DNA of 62,927 nucleotides, counting the filler, from Asterionella formosa (Eukaryota): NCBI GenBank assembly GCA_002256025.1. It is 15 parts of 15 records of this genome, joined end to end, with 100 filler letters (N's around TTAATTAATTAA, not from the genome) between each part and the next. Parts side by side here need not be neighbours in the genome. Positions count along the whole stretch, not along the records: positions 6,719 to 23,159 come from NKIB01004919.1; 14 more parts are not named here. The stretch is one strand, 5' to 3'. Positions 12,290 through 23,159 of the stretch are shown piece after piece; within the stretch, counting starts at the first letter, position 1; every line of letters starts with the position of its first letter. The notes under the pieces were generated by a model. The model did no database searches, had not been told where the DNA came from, and saw only the letters and a program-made list of their open reading frames with translations. Position numbers and translations under genes: made by a program.

Positions 12290-12572
12290 GTGTTGGTTGA
12301 GCATGTTGCCTTTTGTGCGGTTCGATTCCAGCAAATTTTTAGAAGCAATTGTTGGGTTCGACTCCGACACTCCTTACCGTCCTGCACTCCCTTGCCTGGT
12401 GTGCAATAAATAGTGGGTTTGCCCCCCTACAAGCAACTTATGCCGCCTTCCTAGGCAGTCGGAGTTTCCCCTATCACTGTGGCTAAGAGAATCACCTTTC
12501 GTAGCATAAAACTAGGGAAGCACAGCTCTTGTTGGCAGGCAGCACAATGAATACTTACCTTGAAAAAGGGGA
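12290..12572 (+). mobile_element. Putative tRNA-related SINE-like repeat
   Basis: Pol III B-box-like motifs GGTTCGATTCC (12319) and GGGTTCGACTCC (12354). Body 12447-12572 aligns by eye to the reverse complement of 35336-35492. Confidence 0.45.
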
Positions 12573-13435
12573 GTAGGAATGGGCTGTAAAAAAGATGATT
12601 TTTAATTTTTATGCAAACATCATGAGGCAGCAGAATTCCTAGACTAAACGGCCACTAGATGAAAGTGAGGTCATTTTTGTAGTTCATTCTGTTGTTGTCA
12701 CGCAATTTTGACCCAAACATTACAAAAAAATTGAAGAAATATGTCGTCTTATACTGGTATGCATGTACAAAATGTATACATAAAATTGCGGATCGCGGAA
12801 GTCGCGAATTCATATGCACCCAGTGGCCGTTGAATCTTGAGATACCGTGTAGTGCTACATATGTATGTCAATCTGCGCATCGTCGTGTGTCGTTTCGTAT
12901 GTGCATATCAAGAAATAAGAAACTCTGTCGATACGTACGGTGGTGCAGTTAGACCAGCGATATCAACGGAATTGCTGGTATGTGCTGGTAACAGGAGTGC
13001 ATTGCCAGTATCCTGGTACCAGGTACTGCAGAGTAGGTACAAGCGAGTACCTAGAACTCCGGAATAGTCCGTACCTCGTACCAGGTACTAGGTACAGGTA
13101 CCAGGGTACAATCAGGTAATAGATGTATCAGGTGCAGCATGTCGGTATTGCTTTGGGCCCTTTTGTTCTCGGTCCCCTTTTGTTCGTCGTCCTCTTTTGT
13201 CGTGAGAATCGCGTTGGGTGCAAGTTCTATATATATCATGTTCCTCATTTATTTTCTGGCCCAGAAAATGCCTCAAAAACCACAAAACACAATCAGTGCA
13301 CTCTGCCTTGAGAAATCTGCCAAAATTGCTCAACGGTTACTTCAAATATATGCATCGCTCCTTACTCCTTCGTAAGAGGTAACAAAAGGGTAATAGGAAT
13401 TGATCGCTTATCTGGTGGTTCGAGAGGAGTTAGAA

Positions 13436-15499
13436 ATGGCCAACTCTCATGTCAGCTCAAGTCCAAAAACTCGTCCAGACATTGGTAGTTTCGATGTGCT
13501 AGGAGATGATCATTTCAATGAACAGAAGACATTGGGATTTGATCTCTTCAATTCTTCAAATGCATCGTTTAATGATATCAGGTCGCGGTTGATCGATTCG
13601 GAACGAGTTAATTCGCATCGTGGCGTTGGATGTATTAATACATTTCCGCTTCGGAAAGACTCAACGGCTTCGTCGGAAGAGGTAATTTACAAACTAACAG
13701 AATACATTGCTAATGCCAGAGACACAGATGAGAGATCCCTCAATAGCAAATCCTCTGCTGCCTCTGAGTTGTCAGATTTGCTCTCCGAACTGTTGGCAGG
13801 TGGATCTCAAAACTCGCTTGGAGGCTTTTCCCGACGAGCCTCCTCGTCATTTCGAAGCCAGAAGGAGAAAACCAAAAGTGACTCTCTATCAGCGCATTTG
13901 ATGCGAGATGAATCATTTAGAAGCGAAGGCGACCATCTTTACTGTCAGAGATCAGCTTTAACACGAGACTCCGACCTATCTGGACTTCTGTCAGAGCTAT
14001 TGGCTGCCTCAATTATACCCGAAGACGAAGCTGAGGACGACGACATTGACGCCTTGATGCCATTGCTATACGAAGATCAAGAATATTCTTGTGGGGAATT
14101 TGGCAAAGTTGAATCCATATCGAATAGCAGAGAATTGATGGAAGCTTACAGTGGCAGCTGCGACCAGTCTGCAAAATCCGACATGACAGGACTTTTGTCA
14201 GAGATACTTTCATCAGTAGCTCCTCATGCGAAGCAGTTGACGCGTACGGGTAAGAAAGCCAGATCCGCCAAGTCGCTCGAAAATCGCGGGTATCCCATCA
14301 AAAGCGAGGAATCTCTACCAATGCAGTCGATCCTGGATAGTAATGATACTAGGAAGCACAGCACACGTAAACTCCGCAAGGACAATAAGGACCGAAAGAA
14401 AAGCAAAACGAGCAGTCGGCGAAGAAATGAGCTTAGATTGAAGAAGAAAGAATCAGCAGAGAAAGCAGTTGTCAGTTCTATTCTCGACCTGATTGAGGAG
14501 AACAAACGATCGAAAGGTACCCCAGAAATGAAGCATTCGGTAGCGACCTACGTGCAACACAACAAAAAAATGATACAAGACGAAAGTAGCCCAGTGTCTC
14601 TATGTTGTTCAGAGGCCACTCCATCAAATATTCATTCATGTCGACAGAAGTCTCCTACTTCCGTAACAGAACTAGGGGTTCTTCATATTGTTGCTCCTGA
14701 AAAGCCAACTGACCATCCCAAACCTGAAAGTCTCTCGATCAAGGCAGATCAGCAGGTTAGCGGTAGTTCTGCACAGGAGATTTTTTCCATTCTTCCCGAA
14801 TCTGTGCAAAAGTGTCTTCTATTGCTTCATCAACAATGGCTAACGGGAGCATCCCCAATAAATGAATTACTTGTTCCAATTGATCCCTCCACAGTTGAAG
14901 GTGATGAACAATCTGACTCGTCAGATATCTCAGGTTTCAGTAGCGTGTTTCAGGACAGTTCCTCCGACAGAACTTCAGCTTGTATTCAATATCCCGGAGT
15001 ACTTGAGGAATACAGAGTTGAAATTGATGGCGAAAAAAACTGCGATACCACAGGATTGTGTTACAGGACCAACCGGGCGGAGCCATCAAAGCCACCAAAA
15101 GCTTTCCGGAAAGTTGCATTTAGCACTCTCCACGTTCGTGACTACGAATCAGTTTTAGGTGATAATCCGTCATGTGAAGATGGCCCGAGTCTGAGCTTAG
15201 GTTGGAAGTACAAGAGAGAACGAGTCTATGACATTGAAATCCTCGAAAATAAACATGAGAGGCGGAGGGGGGAGCAGCAATTGAAGTTGTCACGATTCGA
15301 GCGAGAAGAGCGACTAATGAAACTCGGGTACTCCAGAAACCAACTCCTTGAGGCGAGCCTGGATAAGCGCAAGCTCGGGCGAGAGTTGCGAAACAAAGAA
15401 AGCCTTGAATTCAAGAGATTCGATGGATTATTAGCAGGTGTGGGTAGAAGAATGAATAGGTTCGTTACCGATTTAAAGCTAGAAGGGGAGAAATTTTGA
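13436..15499 (+). CDS. Uncharacterised, largely disordered 687-aa protein with a C-terminal RVxF-like + 'LGDNPS..GP...LGW.Y' domain
   Basis: Long intact ORF with first ATG at 13436. C-terminus reads RKVAFSTLHVRDYESVLGDNPSCEDGPSLSLGWKY...EREERLMKLGYS, a motif I recognise from many uncharacterised diatom proteins. It has three LSxLLSExL-type repeats and a K/R-rich stretch. Confidence 0.85.
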   Translation: MANSHVSSSPKTRPDIGSFDVLGDDHFNEQKTLGFDLFNSSNASFNDIRSRLIDSERVNSHRGVGCINTFPLRKDSTASSEEVIYKLTEYIANARDTDERSLNSKSSAASELSDLLSELLAGGSQNSLGGFSRRASSSFRSQKEKTKSDSLSAHLMRDESFRSEGDHLYCQRSALTRDSDLSGLLSELLAASIIPEDEAEDDDIDALMPLLYEDQEYSCGEFGKVESISNSRELMEAYSGSCDQSAKSDMTGLLSEILSSVAPHAKQLTRTGKKARSAKSLENRGYPIKSEESLPMQSILDSNDTRKHSTRKLRKDNKDRKKSKTSSRRRNELRLKKKESAEKAVVSSILDLIEENKRSKGTPEMKHSVATYVQHNKKMIQDESSPVSLCCSEATPSNIHSCRQKSPTSVTELGVLHIVAPEKPTDHPKPESLSIKADQQVSGSSAQEIFSILPESVQKCLLLLHQQWLTGASPINELLVPIDPSTVEGDEQSDSSDISGFSSVFQDSSSDRTSACIQYPGVLEEYRVEIDGEKNCDTTGLCYRTNRAEPSKPPKAFRKVAFSTLHVRDYESVLGDNPSCEDGPSLSLGWKYKRERVYDIEILENKHERRRGEQQLKLSRFEREERLMKLGYSRNQLLEASLDKRKLGRELRNKESLEFKRFDGLLAGVGRRMNRFVTDLKLEGEKF

Positions 15500-16241
15500 T
15501 TTTAATCGACTTGGTCTAGCCTAATCAAATAAGACCTCAGCAAGGGTAAAATTTCGAATCGTTCTCTAGTAGCTATTGTAGTCTCAAGTAATCTATCCTT
15601 ACATAGCTGCTGAGGAGGCAACATTTTTCATTCCTGGTGATTGGCTTTTTTTTTGTAAACAACAAACTTGCTTCCACTGCCTGTCCAATGTCACTTCATT
15701 AATTTCAGCAAAATGACCGCAACTTGCTTGCAGTTATTACCCGCGTTCACTTACGTGTCCGCATGGTACTCCCAAGACAAATCTCACAAACACTACCTGG
15801 TTTGCATGGGTATTATAGCATACTTCTATTTCATACATATTGTGTATGCCCTGGTACCAGGTGCTGGCAGTATACCGGTACCGAAAGGTGGACTACAAGG
15901 CACATTTATATATTAAATAGTGTATTATATCATTGGTCTTTATACTGCTACCAGGTACCTGGTACCAGTTCCCATTAAACAATCTTTTGTTGTGATGCAT
16001 ATATAATAATGACCGGTCGATTTGAAAAGCCACCACAAGGTTTGTGCATGGACTTGTAGGTACGCAACCTACAAGTAATCGTACACTGGGGTTTTGTTAA
16101 GAAATATTTAAAAAATATATACGGGTATTTGAATATACTGAATATTTGTTCTTGCCGATCATCAGCTTATGCATACACAGTATACCGGTATGTAGGATGT
16201 AATGTATGTGGAGTATGCTGTAAAATAGATCATACCCACCA

Positions 16242-16332
16242 GCAAGTTGCGGTAATTTTGCTGAACTAAAGATTTAGACATCTCTTTATCCTACATTAAA
16301 GTGTTTGTTTTAGAAAAATGACCGCAACTTGC
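16242..16332. mobile_element. ~90-bp MITE with TIR GCAAGTTGCGGT(A/C)ATTTTGCT
   Basis: GCAAGTTGCGGTAATTTTGCT...AAAATGACCGCAACTTGC; the interior is shared with 60750-60838 and 61330-61419. Confidence 0.85.
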
Positions 16333-16796
16333 AGGTACCTGGCACTCCTACACACTCAGTATTCTCGAAGGGCCTGATATATACATTACAGTCATGTACG
16401 GAGTAATAATTTTATCGCGCTATCAAGTAGTACTTACGACGTCGTAACTACCGGTAGGCTGTTGTATACCTCCAAGACTTCACCGACGGATCAAAGGGTT
16501 CTACATCGTACCTGGTACCAGTACCGGTACTTCTTGCTTGCCAACACACAAACATTCTTCCAGTGGATGTGTCAGTAACTACCAGGTACCAGTTACCATC
16601 TTGCCCGGAGCAAATGGAATAATAACCGGTACAAAGTTATTGAGCTTGGCACATTAGAAGTTTGGTGACAACGACGATATTGTTTAAAATAAGTTCACAG
16701 CACACACACTCTCAGTCTGCAACCAAATAAGGGACTACCGCTTGACATCAATAATTCAATCAAAGGTGAAACCCAGAACGGAACGTTTCACCTCAT

Positions 16797-17980
16797 GTGA
16801 GCAATGATCGCAAGGCTAAATCTGGGACTCGAGTGACTACCGAGAAAAGGACATCATCCAATTCTAACAGGAAGGAAACGACGCTTCCATGTCCCTCGTC
16901 ATCTGATATTTCCCTTACGCCATCAGAGGCGACTCCTCTCATTGCAAACAATGTCTATCAGTACCGACGTATTAAATCCACTTCAGAATGGACAGGTCGA
17001 TCTGGTATTTCTGACACTACACTTATCGTCTGTAACAACTTTCACAGTCCAAGGCCACTGTATTCCCCGTCCCCATCAGTCGATGTTTCTCACTGTTCTG
17101 CAATTTCTCTTTCAAAAGATAAATTGCTCACATCTACCATCACCGTTGCTGTTTCCGCCTCCGGTTTATCTAAGGACCAGTTTGTAATCCCCTCATCCAG
17201 TCTTGGTACTCCAGTGCAAGAAATCTTGGTGGCTACTCTCATGATTGACCGACAGGTACCGAACCTGTGATACCGGAAGGGAACGTAATGATCAAATATG
17301 CAACATGATTCAATCCAATGACTGCCTTTCAGTTCTCTCTGAGATCACTGGATTGACCAGCATTTTTTATTCTAGTGCTTGTCAATCCAACACTTTACCG
17401 TTGATGGTGCCACATATGGTCAATGGTATATCAAACGAATCATTCACTAGCCAAAATACTGATGTGGCTAATGGTGATCACAGCGCCAACCTTTCCCCGT
17501 GCCCCATGAGTGGGATGCCGAGCCGAGGAGGAAACATAGAAATTGTGACAAATCATTACTCCAGCCACAAAGTAGCGTGCAATCTTCCTCGGCAAGGGCG
17601 CATCGTAGAGCCGATTTCAGTTTTGTTGAAGTTCGTGAGTACAAACGAATCCTTGGAGCTCATCCATCGTGTTTTCAAGGCATTAGTCTGGGTATTGACT
17701 GGGAGTACCGACCATCTAAATTCTATCTCGTGGACGAGTGGGAGACCATGCGAAGCATTTCAAAGTCAGGTTACATGATTTTGGATAGAGAAACTCGCGA
17801 ACTCATTCTTAGTGAGCTGGGCTACGATCAACATGATTTCGCTAGAGCAATTCGAGAAACCAACAGAATCAAGAGTCAGCGGCGGTAAACTATTCAAAAC
17901 CTGGGTTTCCAGCGGATTGATGAGGCTTTTGAGAGCCACGGGCGAAAGGTAATAAGAATGCTGAAATCTCGAGATAAAAA
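16797..17980 (+). pseudogene. Disrupted paralogue of the 13436 gene
   Basis: Split over three ORFs. It contains SVLSEITGLTSIF (compare DSSDISGFSSVF in the 13436 gene) and RRADFSFVEVREYKRILGAHPSCFQGISLGIDWEY...RELILSELGY...RAIRETNRIKSQRR*TIQNLG, with an in-frame TAA at 17886-17888. Confidence 0.7.
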
Positions 17981-18077
17981 TTATTCATCATTTTTCATGG
18001 GGATAATGGTAGCTGGTAGTCTAAAGTTTTACTGTTGGTGTTACTGAGGATTCAATGGACTCTGAACAAAAATCACA

Positions 18078-18833
18078 TTATTTGTATTGATGCGAACTAA
18101 CTTGAAGAAGATTATTCAGCGTTCCTTTCATTGTATATGCGGAGCTCACCGTCTTCATCGGTAATATCGGCTCCGGCTCTGATGGAATCTCAATGGAAAT
18201 TTCACTAGACAGAAACAATGCCTCCAACTCCTCTGCCCTGCGTTGAAGGGCTTTTCGTCGTTGCCTTCTTTCCTTTCGTCGATCGTCGCCCTTTCTCTTC
18301 TTATTTTCAAAGCGAGGAGGAACTCGGATGCCTTGAGATGTGGAAATATCATTATGGTCCATCTTCCGGAACTTTTCTGCCAACAATTCGGAAAGATCGT
18401 CAGTTACACTGGTAGCCGGGGAAGCATGACGCGGTCCATGATTCCTTAAAGAATCGGCCAGCAATTCGGAGAGGTCATCTCGAGAGGATTCCTGTTCTAG
18501 TTCGTTTGCTGAATCATTCAACATGTCGGAAAGTAGAAGGGAGAGACCATCCGAAGAATCATCGCCCGAGTGTGCAGCTCTATTCGCTTCGAGGTTTCGT
18601 CCCTTGCATTTCGCTTGCAGCAGCGAGCGGGCTCCATTTTTTCTCCTCCCTGATAGTCTAAGCAACTCAGTCGATAGCAAGGATAGTTCATTCTCCAGAT
18701 AGCTTATTTTATCTTCATAGGATTGATTCAAGAAGATCCCTTGATCAGTTAAACTCCCGTCTAAGCTATGGTCCTTGACCACTGGCTTTCGCGGTCTAAG
18801 ACACATACCCAGTTCGTCGTGCTTCTTCACCAT
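18078..18833 (-). CDS. Uncharacterised disordered protein (~251 aa) with three (D/G)LSxLL repeats and a basic tract
   Basis: Intact ORF with first ATG at 18833. Motifs: DGLSLLLSDML, DDLSELLADSL, DDLSELLAEKF, then KKRKGDDRRKERRQRRK. Confidence 0.7.
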   Translation of the reverse strand: MVKKHDELGMCLRPRKPVVKDHSLDGSLTDQGIFLNQSYEDKISYLENELSLLSTELLRLSGRRKNGARSLLQAKCKGRNLEANRAAHSGDDSSDGLSLLLSDMLNDSANELEQESSRDDLSELLADSLRNHGPRHASPATSVTDDLSELLAEKFRKMDHNDISTSQGIRVPPRFENKKRKGDDRRKERRQRRKALQRRAEELEALFLSSEISIEIPSEPEPILPMKTVSSAYTMKGTLNNLLQVSSHQYK

Positions 18834-19378
18834 TGTTGTTTCTGCACGTTTGAATAGATTGGTGCTGTCCAAGATCTTAATTGTTAATCTCGTTTCATCA
18901 TTCAACTGATGGCTCTCTTTGTTGAACGTAGCGTCAACTGTAATTATTTACCATGCGTTGAATGGTGTTTGCTCATGAAAATGTGTCGAGGCATGAGTCA
19001 TTGATAATGAGGACGGGCCTTTCGTTAAAATTAAAATTGGACAAACTGTGTCGGCTGTACTGCGATTCACAGACATGAGGAAAACGCGAGTTCCAATAAA
19101 TTGGTCCGCAAACTAACAGGACCGGATTGACACAAACAATAAATAATCCCAAGCGGGCAATAGGTGATCATTGAAAAACACGCTAGGTGCTACCTGCAAA
19201 TGGTCCATAAAAATGTTCACAACACCAGTATATAATAAATAATTGCAGCATGGGGTGGTCGCCTAAATCTACCATGTGGACTTTTGTGTTCAGATTTATT
19301 GTTGGGAAGTGAGTTTCCATTGCTTGTGTTCTTGGTTTGACTACCCGGTAACCAGGTACCAGGTACCGGTACCTGGCA

Positions 19379-19476
19379 GCAAGTTGCGGTCATTTTGCTT
19401 AGTATATATAGAATTTAATGTGGGAAAAAGGGTGCTAAGCTTTCCTTAATTCAGCAATATTACCGCAAGCAACTTG
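19379..19476. mobile_element. MITE copy (same family as 16242)
   Basis: GCAAGTTGCGGTCATTTTGCT...AGCAATATTACCGCAAGCAACTTG, embedded in GGTACC arrays. Confidence 0.75.
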
Positions 19477-20395
19477 ATTGCGCAGGTGACTGGTACCTGG
19501 TTACCCCGGTATATTTATGGTACTGGTGGTACCTGGTACCTGGTTCATACCTTGTTCCTGGCACATACGAAATAAGTTGTATGCCTGTGCAAGGGTACCG
19601 GTACCTGGTACCTCCAGCTACCAGTAATCCACCCTGGTACCAGGTACCAGGTATATACCGGTACTTTGCCCCTGCGATGTCGTTCGTAAAGGTTTTTGAG
19701 ATTTATTGATCCTACCGGTACGTGATGTCGTTCGTCCCGTGCCGGCAGTTGTGGTTTGGTTTCTGATTCCTAAAAACCTTGGAGCACTTCAGCTGAATAT
19801 CGAAAGGGAGCAATCATATGCGATTAAAAAGCCCTACACACATGTATCATGTATGTGTATTATTCAAATTACCCAGAGACTACAAGGGATGAAAGACAAA
19901 ATACGATATTACTACCGATACAGGATTGGAAAAATCAGGGAGCAAAAAATTGTACTGTCGAGTGAATATTGTCCGAACGTACCAGGTACCTAAAAACGAC
20001 CGATCGTGCAACGTCGGATCACGGGATGATGGTGCTACTCCTTCATTGCACACGTGATAAATTCCGGTATCATGTTGTTGAAAGCAAAGTCAAAAATAAG
20101 CGATTGTTCCACCTTGTGACCTGCGCTCTGTAGAGTCCTTTCATTCACTCCTTGCAATATATGTACCCCTATTGTATTCTTTAGTAGTATTTATTAATAT
20201 AAAACGCTTGTTCCAGAGAATATTTCCAACCAAAACTGTTTGTCACCGAGAGTGTGTTCAGATTGTCGAACGATCATAGCACTAAATATGTATTGCTGGC
20301 GTCGAGTCCAACAGAACTGTTAGCTTGTGTTTGTATATTTTTCATGCTCGTCGTTTGTTTTTGGTCTTGAAGGGAACAAATTGGTGGGAAGATTC

Positions 20396-21274
20396 CTAGA
20401 TATGACTAACATTGGAATTATCAGAAGTGGCTGAGTGTGCTTTGATGTGAACTTCGTTTTTGGTCGATTGCTCTTCTTGTATTGCCAAGAGAAAGGCTTC
20501 CAGTGACTTCGAGGAATTAGGTGACTTCGCCAACGGAGCCAAGGAACGAACAATCATTTTGATGTCATTGGGATCCACATCTTCCGTTAGATTCCGCTTA
20601 GACTCGTTACTAAGTCGTGGCGTGGAAACAGTGTCGCCATCATCCATTCCTTTCTGCATTGACAAAATCCATTCGAGGAATGAGGCTTTGTTGATAATTG
20701 GAACAATTGCGGTACCGGCCTTTCTTTCCTGCTTTGATTTACCAATCATAGCTTGACGCCGTAAAAGGTCCCGTTTCGACCTTTGTTTCATTTGCCGGCT
20801 CACAGTCCTCCATTTCTTTCTCATATCCTCTTTTTCCGATTGCCCACATTCATTCCCTTTTTTGGTTTTGCTCTCCATCTTGGCCTCACTACGCTTGATA
20901 TCTGCATCTACATCCGATTTCGTCGCAAGCTCAACTCGTTTCCTGCAACTGCCCCTGCCGCCATTTCTTGACTTGCATCTGCTCGATTCTCTGTGTAAGC
21001 CCTTGATATCACATGGAAGATTCAATTTTTCCTCATTCCTATTATTATTATTTTCAGGGGTGAAGGAAGGCGACAACACCTCATCCAGCAGGGCCGATAA
21101 ACCTGATGTGGAATCATTGTCGTCGTCGCCCTCATCCAAAAACGATGAAATGATAGGACCGCTCTTTCCCATGTCTGGAACAAACGATACCCCTTTGCTA
21201 GTGTTAGTCTGCTCATCGCAGAATTCATTTTGGTGTGTCATCACTACAGCCGTTCTCATAACTTGCTGCTCCAT
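20396..21274 (-). CDS. Uncharacterised disordered protein (292 aa) with an SGLSALLDEVL motif and a basic tract
   Basis: Intact ATG-initiated ORF containing DDDNDSTSGLSALLDEVL and a K/R-rich middle region. Confidence 0.7.
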   Translation of the reverse strand: MEQQVMRTAVVMTHQNEFCDEQTNTSKGVSFVPDMGKSGPIISSFLDEGDDDNDSTSGLSALLDEVLSPSFTPENNNNRNEEKLNLPCDIKGLHRESSRCKSRNGGRGSCRKRVELATKSDVDADIKRSEAKMESKTKKGNECGQSEKEDMRKKWRTVSRQMKQRSKRDLLRRQAMIGKSKQERKAGTAIVPIINKASFLEWILSMQKGMDDGDTVSTPRLSNESKRNLTEDVDPNDIKMIVRSLAPLAKSPNSSKSLEAFLLAIQEEQSTKNEVHIKAHSATSDNSNVSHI

Positions 21275-22947
21275 CGTGATAAAGTAATATTATATATTCC
21301 GGTGCATACCGTACGTATACCGTCGTTGAATCGCACAAATTTTCATTAAAATGACATTACTACTGTACCTGTGGTACCATGTACCAGGTAATACGAGGTA
21401 GCGCGACATAAATGCCGGTAAAGCGATAAAGTGACGAAATTGGGAGTAGCAATTTAGCTACATGGGTTTTGTTCAAACAAAAGAAATGGCAAATATTTAT
21501 ACGTTCATGTTAAATCTACGTTGCTGAATGAATATTTAATATTTCTCTACGCCCAGAGGCATCTACCGTATATACCGGTATGTCTATACCTTGGTTCATG
21601 ACGATGGGAAAACTATTACTGGAACCAGTAGTACTGATTTTACTTAACAGTGTACAGCCAGGTACGGCATATTCATACGTACCCAGTAATTTACCGGGAA
21701 TCAACAACAAAAAACCGGGATGGCCAAGCATTTACCTGCAAGTTGATGATGTCAATATCTACTGTAACATTGACCCGGCATACATACATTACTCACGCAA
21801 ATCTGCACTGTATACCTGGCACCATTTAAGACTGCTCAACTTACTTAGGCAATAATTAATAATTGACAGCGATATATAGGGAAATAACATAAATGATGAA
21901 CCAAATAATCGATTGCGATATTTTTGCTGGTTCATATAGCAATCATGAATGAATTCTCAAAACATGGGCTAATCCGTGTTCTGTCAGTATTTTCGTCGAT
22001 TGCTCTTCTCAACTTCAATCATTATATTATAAGACAAACCAATTGCTATAAATTTACATCTAAAATGGTCCTCTGTCTAGTAACAGTTGCATCTATAATT
22101 CAAATTTATCTGGGGCCATTTTGACTCCGACGATATTCTCCGGCTCAATTGCCCTATTGTGCGGCTTGCTCTAAGGTACAGAATCATGTATACATTATAT
22201 ATAAAAAGATTAAAATTGGCAACTAAATTTGAAAAAAACGTTTTTGGGATTTTTCGATTTTCACTTGTAGCTATCTCGAGCAAAATGCAGATGCATGAGG
22301 ACCCATTATTCTTCGAACCATATATTCTCAACATAGGTGCAAAGTACGATATAACAGTAGAACAACTGCAACTTGCGTTCAATTATGGAATGTGCAACCC
22401 CGAAAGTGGCGATGATGGGAAGGAAGAAGACGACGGTATGCTCGTTTTGAGGATTGTAACCGTTAAACATCCAGTGGCATGGTCCATGTAGGTGCAACAA
22501 CCGTAGAAAGTATACCGAACGACAATTATTCTATTCAATTTATAATTATGATAGTGGCTTGTTGTGTTTGACTGGCCGGCCGATGTGAAACAGCAGTTGG
22601 CGATATCTACATGTATGCAATGAATATGTGTATGTTAAACTGGTTTCGATTAATTTATTTACATGCTAAATATTTAATTAAAGAAATCGAGTATATGTTC
22701 ACGTCTATGTAACTCATTAAAAACATATTTTTTCGAGTAAGCCGACCCTCGCATAGCAATTTGGTATGTTGGCTACATAATCCTTCATATGTGAACAGTA
22801 AAGACACTGCTGGTGGTGCCAGCGAATCGATGCAACTGTTACTAGACAGAGGGAATGTAGCTTTAAATTGTCCTCCAGACATGCTCTGGATTTGGGTCCA
22901 AAAATTTAAATTAACATGTGTTTTTCTCCTGTTCAGTGGGTAACAGC

Positions 22948-23159
22948 ACATCTAAGCCGCGAAATACGCCACTTTTCGAAATTTCGTCTACGTATAAGTG
23001 TTAATTATGTGGTACTTCACTGGCATTAATGCCACTCTTCACGTAAAAAAGATTACTTTTAACGGTTTCATGTGAAGTTTTAACTGCTTCATGTGAAGTT
23101 TTCACAATGAATTTTGAACGCGAGACTGAATTAGTTGATGTTTCAAATAATTCATTTGA
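22948..23159 (+). repeat. ACATCTAAG dispersed repeat, copy 2 (runs to contig end)
   Basis: Near-identical to 3891-4102. Confidence 0.88.

Noticed and set aside
12290..12370. Functional tRNA gene
   Set aside because: It has B-box-like T-loops, but I could not build an acceptor stem or anticodon arm.
12551..12560. ATACTTACCT, identical to the 5' end of U1 snRNA
   Set aside because: No U1 stem-loops or Sm site follow, and the second repeat copy reads AGACTTGCCT.
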